From Eledone cirrhosa (taxonomy: Eukaryota), in assembly GCA_964016885.1 (NCBI GenBank), contig OZ024764.1, positions 14,942,001 to 15,006,000 of the forward strand: a DNA stretch of 64,000 nt, written 5' to 3'. Shown in pieces: positions 27,828-41,544 of this stretch. Position numbers and translations under genes: made by a program. Positions within the stretch are counted from its first letter, which is position 1. Each line of letters starts with the position of its first letter. The notes beneath the pieces are model-generated. The model saw only the letters and a list, made by a program, of their open reading frames with translations, searched no databases and had not been told where the DNA came from.

Positions 27828-30710
27828 CAGCATGTATGGTTTAGTGGTAAGGGTGTTGGGCTGGTTGGTGTATGGTCTAGTGATAAGGGTGTTGGGCTGG
27901 TTGGTGTATGGTCTAGTGGTTAGGATGTTAGACTGGTTGGTGTGTGGTCTAGTGGTTAGGGTGTTGGGCTGGATGGTGTGTGGTTTAGTGGTAAGGGTGT
28001 TGGGCTGGTTGGTGTGTGGTCTAGTGATAAGGGTGTTGGGCTGGTTGGTGTATGGTCTAGTGGTTAGGATGTTAGACCGGTTGGTGTGTGGTCTAGTGGT
28101 TAGGGTGTTGGGCTGGATGGTGTGTGGTCTAGTGGTAAGGATGTTAGACTGGTTGGTGTGTGGTCTAGTGGTTAGGATGTTAGACTGGTTGGTGTGTGGT
28201 CTAGTGGTTAGGATGTTAGACTGGTTGGTGTGTGGTCTAGTGGTAAGGGTGTTGGGCTGGTTGGTGTGTGGTCTAGTGATAAGGGTGTTGGGCTGGTTGG
28301 TGTGTGGTCTAGTGGTTAGGGTGTTGGACTGGTTGGTGTGTGGTCTAGTGGTTAGGATGTTAGGCTGGTTGGTGTGTGGTCTAGTGGTTAGGGTGTTGGG
28401 CTGGATGGTGTGTGGTCTAGTGGTAAGGATGTTAGACTGGTTGGTGTGTGGTCTAGTGGTTAGGGTGTTGGGCTGGTTGGTGTGTGGTCTAGTGGTTAGG
28501 GTGTTGGGCTGGTTGGTGTGTGGTCTAGTGGTTAGGGTGTTGGGCTGGTTGGTGTGTGGTTTAGTGGTAAGGATGTTAGACTGGTTGGTGTGTGGTCTAG
28601 TGGTTAGGGTGTTGGGCTGGTTGGTGTGTGGTTTAGTGGTAAGGATGTTAGACTGGTTCGTGTGTGGTCTAGTGGTTAGGATGTTAGACTGGTTCGTGTG
28701 TGGTCTAGTGGTAAGGGTGTTGGGCTGGTTGGTGTGTGGTCTAGTGGTAAGGGTGTTGGGCTGGTTGGTGTGTGGTCTAGTGGTAAGGGTGTTGGGCTGG
28801 TTGGTGTGTGGTCTAGTGGTTAGGGTGTTGGGCTGGTTGGTGTGTGGTTTAGTGGTAAGGATGTTAGACTGGTTGGTGTGTGGTCTAGTGATAAGGGTGT
28901 TGGGCTGGTTGGTGTGTGGTCTAGTGGTTAGGATGTTGGACTGGATGGTGTGTGGTCTAGTGGTAAGGGTGTTGAACTGGATGATGTGTGGTCTAGTGGT
29001 AAGGGTGTTGAACTGGATGGTGTGTGGTCTAGTGGTTAGGATGTTGGACTGGATGGTGTGTGGTCTAGTGGTAAGGGTGTTGAACTGGATGATGTGTGGT
29101 CTAGTGGTAAGGGTGTTGAACTGGATGGTGTGTGGTCTAGTGGTAAGGGTGTTGGACTGGATGGTGTGTGGGCTAGTGGTAAGGGTGTTAGACTGGTTGG
29201 TGTGTGGTTTAGTGGTAAGGATGTTAGACTGGTTCGTGTGTGGTCTAGTGGTAAGGGTGTTGGGTTGGTTGGTGTGTGGTCTAGTGGTAAGGGTGTTGGG
29301 CTGGTTGGTGTGTGGTTTAGTGGTAAGGATGTTAGACTGGTTGGTGTGTGGTCTAGTGATAAGGGTGTTGGGCTGGTTGGTGTGTGGTCTAGTGGTTAGG
29401 ATGTTGGACTGGATGGTGTGTGGTCTAGTGGTAAGGGTGTTGAACTGGATGATGTGTGGTCTAGTGGTAAGGGTGTTGAACTGGATGGTGTGTGGTCTAG
29501 TGGTAAGGGTGTTGGACTGGATGGTGTGTGGGCTAGTGGTAAGGGTGTTAGACTGGATGGTGTGTGGTCTAGTGGTAAGGGTGTTGGGCTGGTTGGTGTG
29601 TGGTCTAGTGGTAAGGGTGTTGGGCTGGTTGGTGTGTGGTCTAGTGGTTAGGGTGTTGGGCTGGATGGTGTGTGGTTTAGTGGTAAGGGTGTTGGGCTGG
29701 TTGGTGTGTGGTCTAGTGATAAGGGTGTTGGGCTGGTTGGTGTATGGTCTAGTGGTTAGGATGTTAGACCGGTTGGTGTGTGGTCTAGTGGTTAGGGTGT
29801 TGGGCTGGATGGTGTGTGGTCTAGTGGTAAGGATGTTAGACTGGTTGGTGTGTGGTCTAGTGGTTAGGATGTTAGACTGGTTGGTGTGTGGTCTAGTGGT
29901 TAGGATGTTAGACTGGTTGGTGTGTGGTCTAGTGGTAAGGGTGTTGGGCTGTTGGTGTGTGGTCTAGTGGTTAGGGTGTTGGGCTGGTTGGTGTGTGGTC
30001 TAGTGGTAAGGGTGTTAGACTGGTTGGTGTGTGGTCTAGTGGTAAGGGTGTTTGGCTGGTTGGTGTGTGGTCTAGTGGTAAGGGTGTTTGGCTGGTTGGT
30101 GTGTGGTCTAGTGGTAAGGGTGTTGGGCTGGTTGGTGTGTGGTCTAGTGGTAAGGGTGTTGGGCTGGTTGGTGTGTGGTCTCGTGGTAAGGGTGTTGGGC
30201 TGGTTGGTGTGTGGTCTCGTGGTAAGGGTGTTGGGCTGGTTGGTGTGTGGTCTAGTGGTAAGGGTGTTGGGCTGGTTGGTGTGTGGTCTAGTGGTAAGGG
30301 TGTTTGGCTGGTTGGTGTGTGGTCTAGTGGTAAGGGTGTTGGGCTGGTTGGTGTGTGGTCTCGTGGTAAGGGTGTTGGGCTGGTTGGTGTGTGGTCTAGT
30401 GGTAAGGGTGTTGGGCTGGTTGGTGTGTGGTCTAGTGGTAAGGGTGTTTGGCTGGTTGGTGTGTGGTCTAGTGGTAAGGGTGTTGGGCTGGTTGGTGTGT
30501 GGTCTCGTGGTAAGGGTGTTGGGCTGGTTGGTGTGTGGTCTAGTGGTAAGGGTGTTGGGCTGGTTGGTGTGCGGTCTAGTGGTAAGGGTGTTGGGCTGGT
30601 TGGTGTGTGGTCTAGTGGTAAGGGTGTTAGACTGGATGGTGTGTGGTCTAGTGGTAAGGGTGTTGGGCTGGATGGTGTGTGGTCTAGTGGTAAGGGTGTT
30701 AGATTGGGTG
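27828..30710 (+). repeat. 36-bp minisatellite (~80 copies) of a SINE/tRNA A-box head
   Basis: Unit gtgtgtggtctagtggtaagggtgttgggctggttg; followed by SINE-like body gtgtgttgtgttcttgagc. Confidence 0.93.
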
Positions 30711-31107
30711 GTGTGTTGTGTTCTTGAGCTTTAAACAGAGAGTAATCCTGTGAAGGACTGGTGCCTTCACCAGGGGGAAGTCTTCTACTCTCAATCACTC
30801 ACACCAGTGAAACTTCCTATAAGCAGTGGTCTGATTAGCTTCTGGGTATGAGAGAGACTTTAACCCTGTGATGGACTGGTGCACTGTCAATGAGAAAGTC
30901 ACTTAACACCGACGAAACTAGGATAAACACTGACCGGGTGAACCTCCGGGTTTCAGAGAGAATTTAGACTTTTCTTCCAGATGTCTTGTAGTAGATAGCC
31001 GAGAAGATTCTTACAAAACATTGCCACAGACACTCTGAAGAGTTACACCTTCAAAGATATATTGTTAAGGTAGAGGAGGGTTATTGATATATAGTAGAGA
31101 TAGAAAG

Positions 31108-32078
31108 AAGGTAGTGCCCCAGCATGGCCACAGTCTAATGTCTGAAACCAGTAAAAGGCAGTGCCCCAGCATGGCCACAGTCTGATGTCTAAACCAGTAA
31201 AAGGCAGTGCCCCAGCATGGCCACAGTCTAATGTCTGAAACCAGTAAAAGGCAGTGCCCCAGCATGGCCACAGTCTGATGTCTGAAACCAGTAAAAGGCA
31301 GTGCCCCAGCATGGCCACAGTCTGATGTCTGAAACCAGTAAAAGGCAGTGCCCCAGCATGGCCACAGTCTAATATCTGAAACCAGTAAAAGGCAGTGCCC
31401 CAGCATGGCCACAGTCTAATATCTGAAACCAGTAAAAGGCAGTGCCCCAGCATGGCCACAGTCTAATGTCTGAAACCAGTAAAAGGCAGTGCCCCAGCAT
31501 GGCCACAGTCTGATGTCTGAAACCAGTAAAAGGCAGTGCCCCAGCATGGCCACAGTCTAATATCTGAAACCAGTAAAAGGCAGTGCCCCAGCATGGCCAC
31601 AGTCTGATGTCTGAAACCAGTAAAAGGCAGTGCCCCAGCATGGCCACAGTCTGATGTCTGAAACCAGTAAAAGGCAGTGCCCCAGCATGGCCACAGTCTA
31701 ATGTCTGAAACCAGTAAAAGGCAGTGCCCCAGCATGGCCACAGTCTGATGTCTGAAACCAGTAAAAGGTAGTGCCCCAGCATGGCCACAATCTAATGTCT
31801 GAAACCAGTAAAAGGCAGTGCCCCAGCATGGCCACAATCTAATGTCTGAAACCAGTAAAAGGCAGTGCCCCAGCATGGCCACAGTCTAATGTCTGAAACC
31901 AGTAAAAGTCAGTGCCCCAGCATGGCCACAGTCTAATGTCTGAAACCAGTAAAAGGCAGTGCCCCAGCATGGCCACAGTCTGATGTCTGAAACCAGTAAA
32001 AGGCAGTGCCCCAGCATGGCCACAGTCTGATGTCTGAAACCAGTAAAAGGCAGTGCCCCAGCATGGCCACAGTCTAAT
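31108..32078 (+). repeat. 47-bp minisatellite (~20 copies), SINE-tail-like
   Basis: Unit ggcagtgccccagcatggccacagtctaatgtctgaaaccagtaaaa. Confidence 0.93.
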
Positions 32079-32252
32079 AATTAAAGAGTAAAAATTGAAA
32101 CAATAGAACTTCCACATTCTTTCTCATTTATATATATGTATGTATGTATCATCATCTTCGTTTAACGTCCATCTTCCACGCTCGCATGGGTTTGGACGGG
32201 AGTTTTTCCCACTTGAGGCAAGAGTGGTTGTCTTCCTCGCATCGGACTGTCT

Positions 32253-32338
<86 letters not shown>

Positions 32339-32349
32339 CATATATATAT

Positions 32350-32944
32350 ATGGTGCTACTAGTAACATGTATCCCAGTACAACCTGTCTCATGGTCGGGT
32401 TGTTGGCGACTAAACTGGCAACCCCCACCAAGGTTTCTTGGTGAGGAGGGTGACTTTGGACATCCTGCAGGACTAAAACAGAACTTGTCAAAGGCCAAAG
32501 GAGCTCTTAAGAGTCAATGGCCATCTAAAATCACCGGGAGAGATGACCCCTTAGCTTTTGTCAAGGCAGAATTCTAGGAGAAGGAAAACTCTGATATAAC
32601 ACCTGCAACTCTGATGGTATCCAATGATGTTGACTTGTTCTTCTTTTTGGTAAATATCATCTTGGTTAAGAGAGTGGGACTGGCTTTGTGCAGTGCCTTT
32701 GCTCACTATAAAAGCTTCACGGCACAGGCATTGCTTTATATCTGGAGATCTCTCTGCACTTGTCATCACATGGTACCATGGGCCCAGCACTATGTGTCAA
32801 TAATTGTCACAAGTGTAGTGTTTGTACCAGAGTTTTTAAGTCGCTGGCTGGACTAAAAAGTCACACTTGTTCAGCGCATCGGTAGGGGTTCTCCTACATG
32901 GATATAAAGTAGTGGCCGTACTCGAAAACGAGTTGGCAGCCACC

Positions 32945-32945
<1 letters not shown>
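32350..32945 (+). mobile_element. Non-autonomous, internally deleted RTE-derived element
   Basis: RTE-like 5'-UTR motif ctaggagaaggaaaactctg joined to a C2H2 remnant [22 protein letters not shown] (32814-32885); second copy at 45722-46122 (-). Confidence 0.7.
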
Positions 32946-32975
<30 letters not shown>

Positions 32976-33062
32976 CATATATATATATGTTATATATGTA
33001 TGTATATATATATATATATGAGATAAAGAATGTATGTATATATATATATATATATACACACA

Positions 33063-33093
<31 letters not shown>

Positions 33094-33101
33094 GAGATAA
33101 A

Positions 33102-33144
<43 letters not shown>

Positions 33145-33411
33145 TAAATATATCATAGGTGATTCAGTGTAAACGAAACTTTGTTTTTCTCACATACACA
33201 CACACATATATATATATATATATACACATCTATACACATATATACTCATGTATGTATAAATACACACCCACGGAAAAGTAATAAGCCAGGTATTTTCTGA
33301 TGACAAAGCAACAGGTGTTAAAAACAACACCTCTTAATTATTTCCATTCCAAAGTCGATGAAGGCAAAAGTATACACACACACATACATATATATAAATA
33401 TGTATGTATAC

Positions 33412-33469
<58 letters not shown>

Positions 33470-33550
33470 GTTATTCCTGGTTGAATCGGAGGTAACCACA
33501 GTAAGTAAGGTACTCAATACATAACAGAGTATAAAAGTTTTAATATAGAT

Positions 33551-33603
33551 GAGATTCTACAGGACTAGAACTGTTTCATTCTTTAGAAATCATCAGGAAT
33601 CTC
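33551..33603 (-). ncRNA. Hammerhead ribozyme motif (type I, Penelope-like)
   Basis: gagattc CTGATGA tttctaaagaat GAAA cag ttctagtc ctg TA gaatctc; stem I 7 bp; stem II closing pair imperfect. Confidence 0.6.
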
Positions 33604-33658
33604 TCTCTCTCTATATATATATATATATGTATGTATATATATATGTATGTATACATGT

Positions 33659-33702
<44 letters not shown>

Positions 33703-33817
33703 ATATAAATGTATGTATATATATATATATATATATACATATATATACATGTATATATATATGTATGTATATATATATATGTATATATATGTATATATAT
33801 GTATGTATATATGTATG

Positions 33818-33875
<58 letters not shown>

Positions 33876-33882
33876 AATATAT

Positions 33883-33966
<84 letters not shown>

Positions 33967-34079
33967 ATAATAATAAATGTGAAGACTAAAATCCAAAGAG
34001 AGCTCGATAAGGATAAATATATATCAAATATATAAGAACCGTAGAGCAAATATTTATTAAAATAATCTGTTATTTTAAT

Positions 34080-34157
<78 letters not shown>

Positions 34158-34161
<4 letters not shown>

Positions 34162-34451
34162 AAAAAGAGATGAAATCGAAAATGCAACTGGAGTCTTATT
34201 TTTTAAAAAAATATATATATTTATTTGGTTCCTTTACGGGTTTCGCAGTTCTTCTGCTTTTCAAAAGGTGAGTTGAGATGGAGGGTCTGTGGTTTTTCTC
34301 ACATCTCACATGTGAGAAAAACCACAGACCCTCCATCTCAACTCACCTTTTGAAAAGCAAAAGAACTGCGAAACCGTAAAGGAACCAAATAAATATATAT
34401 ATTTTTTTTAAAAATAAGACTCCAGTTGCATTTTCGATTTCATCTCTTTTT

Positions 34452-34455
<4 letters not shown>
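34158..34455. repeat. Near-perfect fold-back palindrome (~145-bp arms) flanked by (TA)n
   Basis: aaagaaaaagagatgaaatcg ... cgatttcatctctttttcttt; contains a variant hammerhead core cctt TTGAAAA gca..tgc GAAA ccg TA aagg. Confidence 0.9.
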
Positions 34456-34520
<65 letters not shown>

Positions 34521-34629
34521 AATAAGATAACAAGTACGATTGGTTACTCCTTCGTTACGTTGGTTGGTTGGTGACGAGTGTTTTGCCACTGATCAGCTCA
34601 TGGTTCGATCTGTATCGTTCTGACCTGAC

Positions 34630-35683
34630 TCAAAGATCCACTCACACTCAATGTTCCACTCACACTCGAAGCTCTACACACACTCGAGGGACCACTCACA
34701 CTCAAAGCTCCACATACACTTACAGCTCCACTAACAATCGAGGTCTAACACTCTCAAAGCTTCACACACACTCGAAGTCCCACTCACACTCAAAGCTCCA
34801 CACACTCAAGGCTCCACTCACACTCAATGCCCCACTCATACTCAAAGCTCCACTCACACTCGAGGTGCCACTCACACTCAAAACTCCACTCATTTAGCCA
34901 ACTTTTGCTGAAAATTTAGCCAATTTCTGTTGAAAATTCAGCCAATTTTTGTTGAAAATTCAGCCAATTTTTGCTGAAAATTTAACCAAATTTTCTTGAA
35001 AATTTAGGCAATTTTTTCTGAAAATTTAATAAATTTTTGTTGAAATTTCCGCCAATTTTTGTTGAAAATTTCGTCAATTTTTGTTGAAAATTTAATCAAT
35101 TTTTGTTGAAAATTTCGTCAATTTTTATTGAAAATTTAGCCAATTTTTGTCGAGAATTTAGCCAATTTTTGTTGAAAATTACGTCAATTAATGTTGAAAA
35201 TTCAGTCAATTTTTGTTGAAAATTTAGCCAGTTTTGGTTGAAAATTCGGCCCATTTTTGTTGAAAATTTTGCCAATTTTTATTGAAAATTCAGCCAATTT
35301 TTGTTGAAAATTTAATCAAACTGTGTTAAAAATTTAGCCAGTTTTAGTTGAAAATTCAGCCAATTTTTGATAAAAATTCAGCCAATTTTTGATAAAAATA
35401 CAGCCAATTTTTGATAAAAATACAGCCAATTTTTGATGAAAATTCAGCCTATTTTCGCTTAAAATTTAGCCAATTTTTGTTAAAAATTTAGTTAATTTTT
35501 GTTGAAAATTACGTCAATTAATGTTGAAAATTCAGTCAATTTTTGTTGAAAATTTAATCAATTTTTGTTGAAAATTTCGTCAATTTTTGTTGAAAATTTA
35601 GCCAATTTTTGTCGAGAATTTAGCCAATTTTTGTTGAAAATTACGTCAATTAATGTTGAAAATTCAGTCAATATTTGTTGAAA
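34630..35683. repeat. Degenerate ~19-bp repeat (cactcacactcaaagctc), then ~21-bp AT-rich satellite (tagccaatttttgttgaaaatt) running into the gap
   Basis: Direct inspection. Confidence 0.9.
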
Positions 35684-35883
35684 NNNNNNNNNNNNNNNNN
35701 NNNNNNNNNNNNNNNNNNNNNNNNNNNNNNNNNNNNNNNNNNNNNNNNNNNNNNNNNNNNNNNNNNNNNNNNNNNNNNNNNNNNNNNNNNNNNNNNNNNN
35801 NNNNNNNNNNNNNNNNNNNNNNNNNNNNNNNNNNNNNNNNNNNNNNNNNNNNNNNNNNNNNNNNNNNNNNNNNNNNNNNNNNN
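35684..35883. other. Assembly gap (200 N)
   Basis: Run of N. Confidence 1.
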
Positions 35884-36102
35884 GAAATCAGCGGACTTTC
35901 CTGATGATTTCTCCCGATTGAAACAGTTCTAGTCCTGTAGAAGCCATTTCTATATTAAATATTTATACTCTGCTTTGTATTGAGTACCTTACTTACTTTG
36001 GTTACCCCCGATTCAACATATATACGTATATATAGAGATCTAGCTGTCGAAATGGCTGGAGCTCAGCCGTAGGGGTCCTGACTCTTTTTTTATATATATG
36101 TA

Positions 36103-36136
<34 letters not shown>

Positions 36137-36137
36137 C

Positions 36138-36227
<90 letters not shown>

Positions 36228-36401
36228 CATATATATAAATATATATATGCATATATATACATATATATGCATATATATATGTATATATATATATATACAT
36301 ATACATCATCATCATCCTCATCATTTTACGTCCGCTTTTCCCTACATATATATTTTACATATATATATATATATCATCATCGTTTTTAACATCTATCTTA
36401 T

Positions 36402-36448
<47 letters not shown>

Positions 36449-36473
36449 TACATACATATATATATATACATAT

Positions 36474-36526
<53 letters not shown>

Positions 36527-36527
36527 A

Positions 36528-36562
<35 letters not shown>

Positions 36563-36569
36563 TATATAC

Positions 36570-36608
<39 letters not shown>

Positions 36609-36620
36609 ATATATATATAT

Positions 36621-36689
<69 letters not shown>

Positions 36690-36705
36690 CATATATATAT
36701 ATATA

Positions 36706-37924
36706 TACATTCCAAACCTGGAAGCAGGGACTAGAGAGAAAGGGCCTCAAAGTCAACATGACAAAGACTAAGGTCCTTATAAGTAGACGAGAAAACAGAA
36801 CCCAGATCCCCTCAGCGAAATGGCCTTGCTCAGTATGTAGGAAAGGTGTAGGTAGGAACTCCATTCTCTGCCCCAAATGCAAACAATGGGTACACAAGAG
36901 ATGTAGCGGGATCTCAGGAAGCTTAATTAAGAATGTAGGATTCACATGCAGCAGCTGTGCTGAAACAGCAAGCAAACAGCCACAGGAAACAAGTACCACC
37001 AATCTCTGGGAGGGCCCTGTAGAAACAGTAGACAGCTTCTGCTACCTAGGTGACCGAATTAGCAGCGGAGGTGGGTGCTCAGAAAGTACAATAACTAGGG
37101 TAAGAACGGGATGGAAGAAGTTTAGGGAACTACTACCACTGCTAGCTGCAAAAGGCTTCTCCCTCAGAATGAAAGGCAGACTGTATGATGCGTGTATCCG
37201 AACAGCGATGTTGCATGGTAGTGAGACCTGGGCGCTGAAGGTGGAAGACTTACGTAGATTAGAGAGAAACGAAGCCTGCATGCTCCGATAGATGTGTAAC
37301 AGTAATATACGTGAACGACAAAGCATAAAGGAATTGAGAGAGAGACTGAGAATAAGAGGAATCAAATGCTGCGTGCAGGAGAGGCGGTTACGCTGGTATG
37401 GACATGTGATGCGTATGAAGGATGACAGCTGCATAAAAAGGTGCAGAGCACTAGAAGTTGATGGAAACCGCGGAGTGGGGAGACCCAAGATGACTTGGGA
37501 TGAGGTGATAAAAGCCGACCTTACCCAACTACACCTCTCAAAGTCAATGACACACGACCGTGACTTCTGGCGTCACGCAGTAATACAGGGTACCCGACCT
37601 CCCATGGGTACATGCTGAAGCATATAAACAATATGCCCCCACTCCCCCCACCGCAAGGTGGTCGTGGAGGTGCCACGGCAAAAAAGCACCCAGCCCACAC
37701 TGTAAAGTGGACGTGTAGGCGCCACGAAAAAGCACCCAGCACTCACTGTAAATGAGGTTGGTGTTAGAAAGGGCATCCAGCTGTAGAAATCAAGCCAGAT
37801 CAGTTCCTGTATGAGCAAGGCATGGTCAGCCGACCAGACACTGCCCACAACAGGACAACCCGTCTAACCCATGCTAGCGTGGAAGAACGGACGTAAAACG
37901 GTGATGATGATGATGATGATGATA
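36706..37924 (+). mobile_element. RTE LINE subfamily B, 5'-truncated, premature stop at ~37289
   Basis: [19 protein letters not shown]-like finger..WYGHV; TGG>TAG nonsense change; (GAT)n tail. Confidence 0.92.
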
Positions 37925-37925
37925 C

Positions 37926-37957
<32 letters not shown>

Positions 37958-38148
37958 GTATATATATGAGTATGTTTCCCTGATGTGACCTTGTCTTCAG
38001 CAATTTTCTCACATACCCAACTATGAACGGGAATAAAAACAATAACAATATAACCACAAAGACAAGAGGTTCCCAGCTTGTGTCAAATTTTAATAAAGGT
38101 ATAATGGGTGGGTGGGTGTTGTGTGGGTAGTGTGAATATATGTATGTT

Positions 38149-38197
<49 letters not shown>

Positions 38198-38198
38198 T

Positions 38199-38270
<72 letters not shown>

Positions 38271-38275
38271 AATAT

Positions 38276-38331
<56 letters not shown>

Positions 38332-38378
38332 GTGTGCGTGTTTGTGAGTGTGTGTGTTTATATATATATGTGTGTGTT

Positions 38379-38458
<80 letters not shown>

Positions 38459-38558
38459 CATACATATATATATATATATATATAGAGATATATATATGTG
38501 TGTGTGAGAGTGTGTGTTTATATATATATGTGTGTGTTTATATATATATATATATGTT

Positions 38559-38610
<52 letters not shown>

Positions 38611-38694
38611 TATACATACATATATATATATATATATAGAGAGATATATATATGTGTGTGTGAGTGTGTGTGTTTATATATATATGTGTGTGTT

Positions 38695-38737
<43 letters not shown>

Positions 38738-38754
38738 GTATATATATAAATATG

Positions 38755-38838
<84 letters not shown>

Positions 38839-39371
38839 CATATATATATATATATATAAACACACACATACATATATATATATATATGTATATACACATT
38901 TATATATATGAGTGTGTGGCCTTGGATATATACACACGTTGAAAATATTCACGTTGAAGGCCCGGAAAAAACAAAATCTTACGTAAAACAAAAACATTGT
39001 GGCGATGGTGGTGATGATAGTGACGGTGATGATGGTGACTTCTTTAATTAGCCAAGATGGGCCGAAGACAATGGTAGCAGCGATGGTGTGGGTGGAGAGT
39101 CCAATAGAAAGGACAAAAGCAAAAGGTTTGTGGGGTGGAGAGAGGTGGGGGCTGTCACCCCACCTCAAGGTGACAGGGTGACTTCAGCAGGAGTTACAAT
39201 AGAAAACAATAAAAAATGACAAGGACCAGTTTCCCTAGTAACAACAACAGTAACAACAACAACGACAGTAACAACAACAGTAACAACAACAACAGTAACA
39301 ACAACAACAGTAACAACAACAAAAGTAACAACAACAACAGTAACAACAACAACAGTAACAACAACAACAAC

Positions 39372-41510
39372 CAATACTGCCAATCCACCACCCTAACATG
39401 GCGTCCGACCCTCTACCGATACTGCCACTCCACCACCCTACCATGGCGTCCGACCCTCTACCGATACTGCCAATCCACCGCCCTAACATGGCGTCCGACC
39501 CTCTACCGATACTGCCAATCTACCACCCTAACATGGCGTCCGACCCTCTACCGATACTGCCAATCCACCACCCTAACATGGCGTCCGACCCTCTACCGAT
39601 ACTGCCAATCCACCACCCTACCATGGTGTCCGACCCTCTACCAATCCACCACCATACCATGGTGTCCGACCCTCTACCGATACTGCCAATCCACCGCCCT
39701 ACCATGGCGTCCGACCCTCTACCGATACTGCCAATCCACCACCCTACCATGGTGTCCGACCCTCTACCAATCCACCACCATACCATGGTGTCCGACCCTC
39801 TACCGATACTGCCAATCCACCACCCTACCATGGCGTCCGACCCTCTACCGATACTGCCAATCTACCACCCTAACATGGCGTCCAACCCTCTACCGATACT
39901 GCCAATCTACCACCCTAACATGGCGTCCGACCCTCTACCGATACTGCCAATCCACCACCCTAACATGGCGTCCGACCCTCTACCGATACTGCCAATCTAC
40001 CACCCTAACATGGCGTCCAACCCTCTACCGATACTGCCAATCTACCACCCTAACATGGCGTCCGACCCTCTACCGATACTGCCAATCCACCACCCTAACA
40101 TGGCGTCCGACCCTCCACCGATACTGCCAATCCACCACCCTAACATGGCGTCCGACCCTCTACCGATACTGCCAATCTACCACCCTAACATGGCGTCCGA
40201 CCCTCTATCGATACTGCCAATCCACCACCCTACCATGGCGTCCGACCCTCTACCGATACTGCCAATCCACCACCCTAACATGGCGTCCGACCCTCTACCG
40301 ATACTGCCAATCCACCACCCTAACATGGCGTCCGACCCTCTACCGATACTGCCAATCCACCACCCTACCATGGCGTCCGACCCTCTACCGATCCACCACC
40401 CTGCCATGGCGTCCGACCCTCTACCAATCCACCACCCTACCATGGCGTCCGACCCTCTACCAATCCACCACCCTAACATGGCGTCCGACCCTCTACCAAT
40501 CCACCACCCTACCATGGCGTCCGACCCTCTACCAATCCACCACCCTAACATGGCGTCCGACCCTCTACCAATCCACCACCCTAACATGGCGTCCGACCCT
40601 CTACCAATACTACCAATCCACCACCCTGCCATGGCGTCCGACCCTCTACCAATCCATCACCCTAACATGGCGTCCGACCCTCTACCAATCCACCACCCTG
40701 CCATGGCGTCCGACCCTCTACCAATCCACCACCCTACCATGGCGTCCGACCCTCTACCAATCCACCACCCTAACATGGCGTCCGACCCTCTACCAATCCA
40801 CCACCCTACCATGGCGTCCGACCCTCTACCAATCCACCACCCTGCCATGGCGTCCGACCCTCTACCAATCCACCACCCTACCATGGCGTCCGACCCTCTA
40901 CCAATACTACCAATCCACCGCCCTGCCATGGCGTCCGACCCTCTACCGATACTGCCAATCTACCACCCTAACATGGCGTCCGACCCTCTACCGATACTGC
41001 CAATCCACCACCCTACCATGGCGTCCGACCCTCTACCGATACTGCCAATCCACCACCCTAGCATGGCGTCCGACCCTCTACCGACTCTGCCAATCCACCA
41101 CCCTAACATGGCGTCTGACCCTCTACCGACTCTGCCAATCTACCACCCTACCATGGCGTCTGACCCTCTACCGACTCTGCCAATCTACCACCCTACCATG
41201 GTATCCGGCCCTCTACCGATACTGCCAATCTACCACCCTACCATGGCGTCTGACCCTCTACCGACTCTGCCAATCTACCACCCTACCATGGCGTCTGACC
41301 CTCTACCGACTCTGCCAATCTACCACCCTACCATGGTGTCCGGCCCTCTACCGACTCTGCCAATCTACCACCCTAACATGGCGTCTGACCCTCTACCGAC
41401 TCTGCCAATCTACCACCCTACCATGGCGTCTGACCCTCTACCGACTCTGCCAATATACCACCCTAACATGGCGTCCGACCCTCTACCAATACTGCCAATC
41501 TACCACCCTA
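39372..41510 (-). repeat. 45/36-bp minisatellite (~50 copies) of a SINE 5' head
   Basis: Unit gccaatccaccaccctaacatggcgtccgaccctctaccgatact; matches SINE ends at 42935-42965 and 50915-50955. Confidence 0.92.
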
Positions 41511-41544
41511 AAAATAATAATAATAATGATAATGATAATAATGA

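Noticed and set aside
27769-30734. 732-aa CGLVVRVLGWLV repeat membrane protein
   Set aside because: 36-bp SINE-head minisatellite; open in multiple frames, frameshifted at ~29950, no splice context
31108-32078. CRISPR-like array (also 61981-63250)
   Set aside because: Head-to-tail repeats with no unique spacers, no cas genes, eukaryotic context
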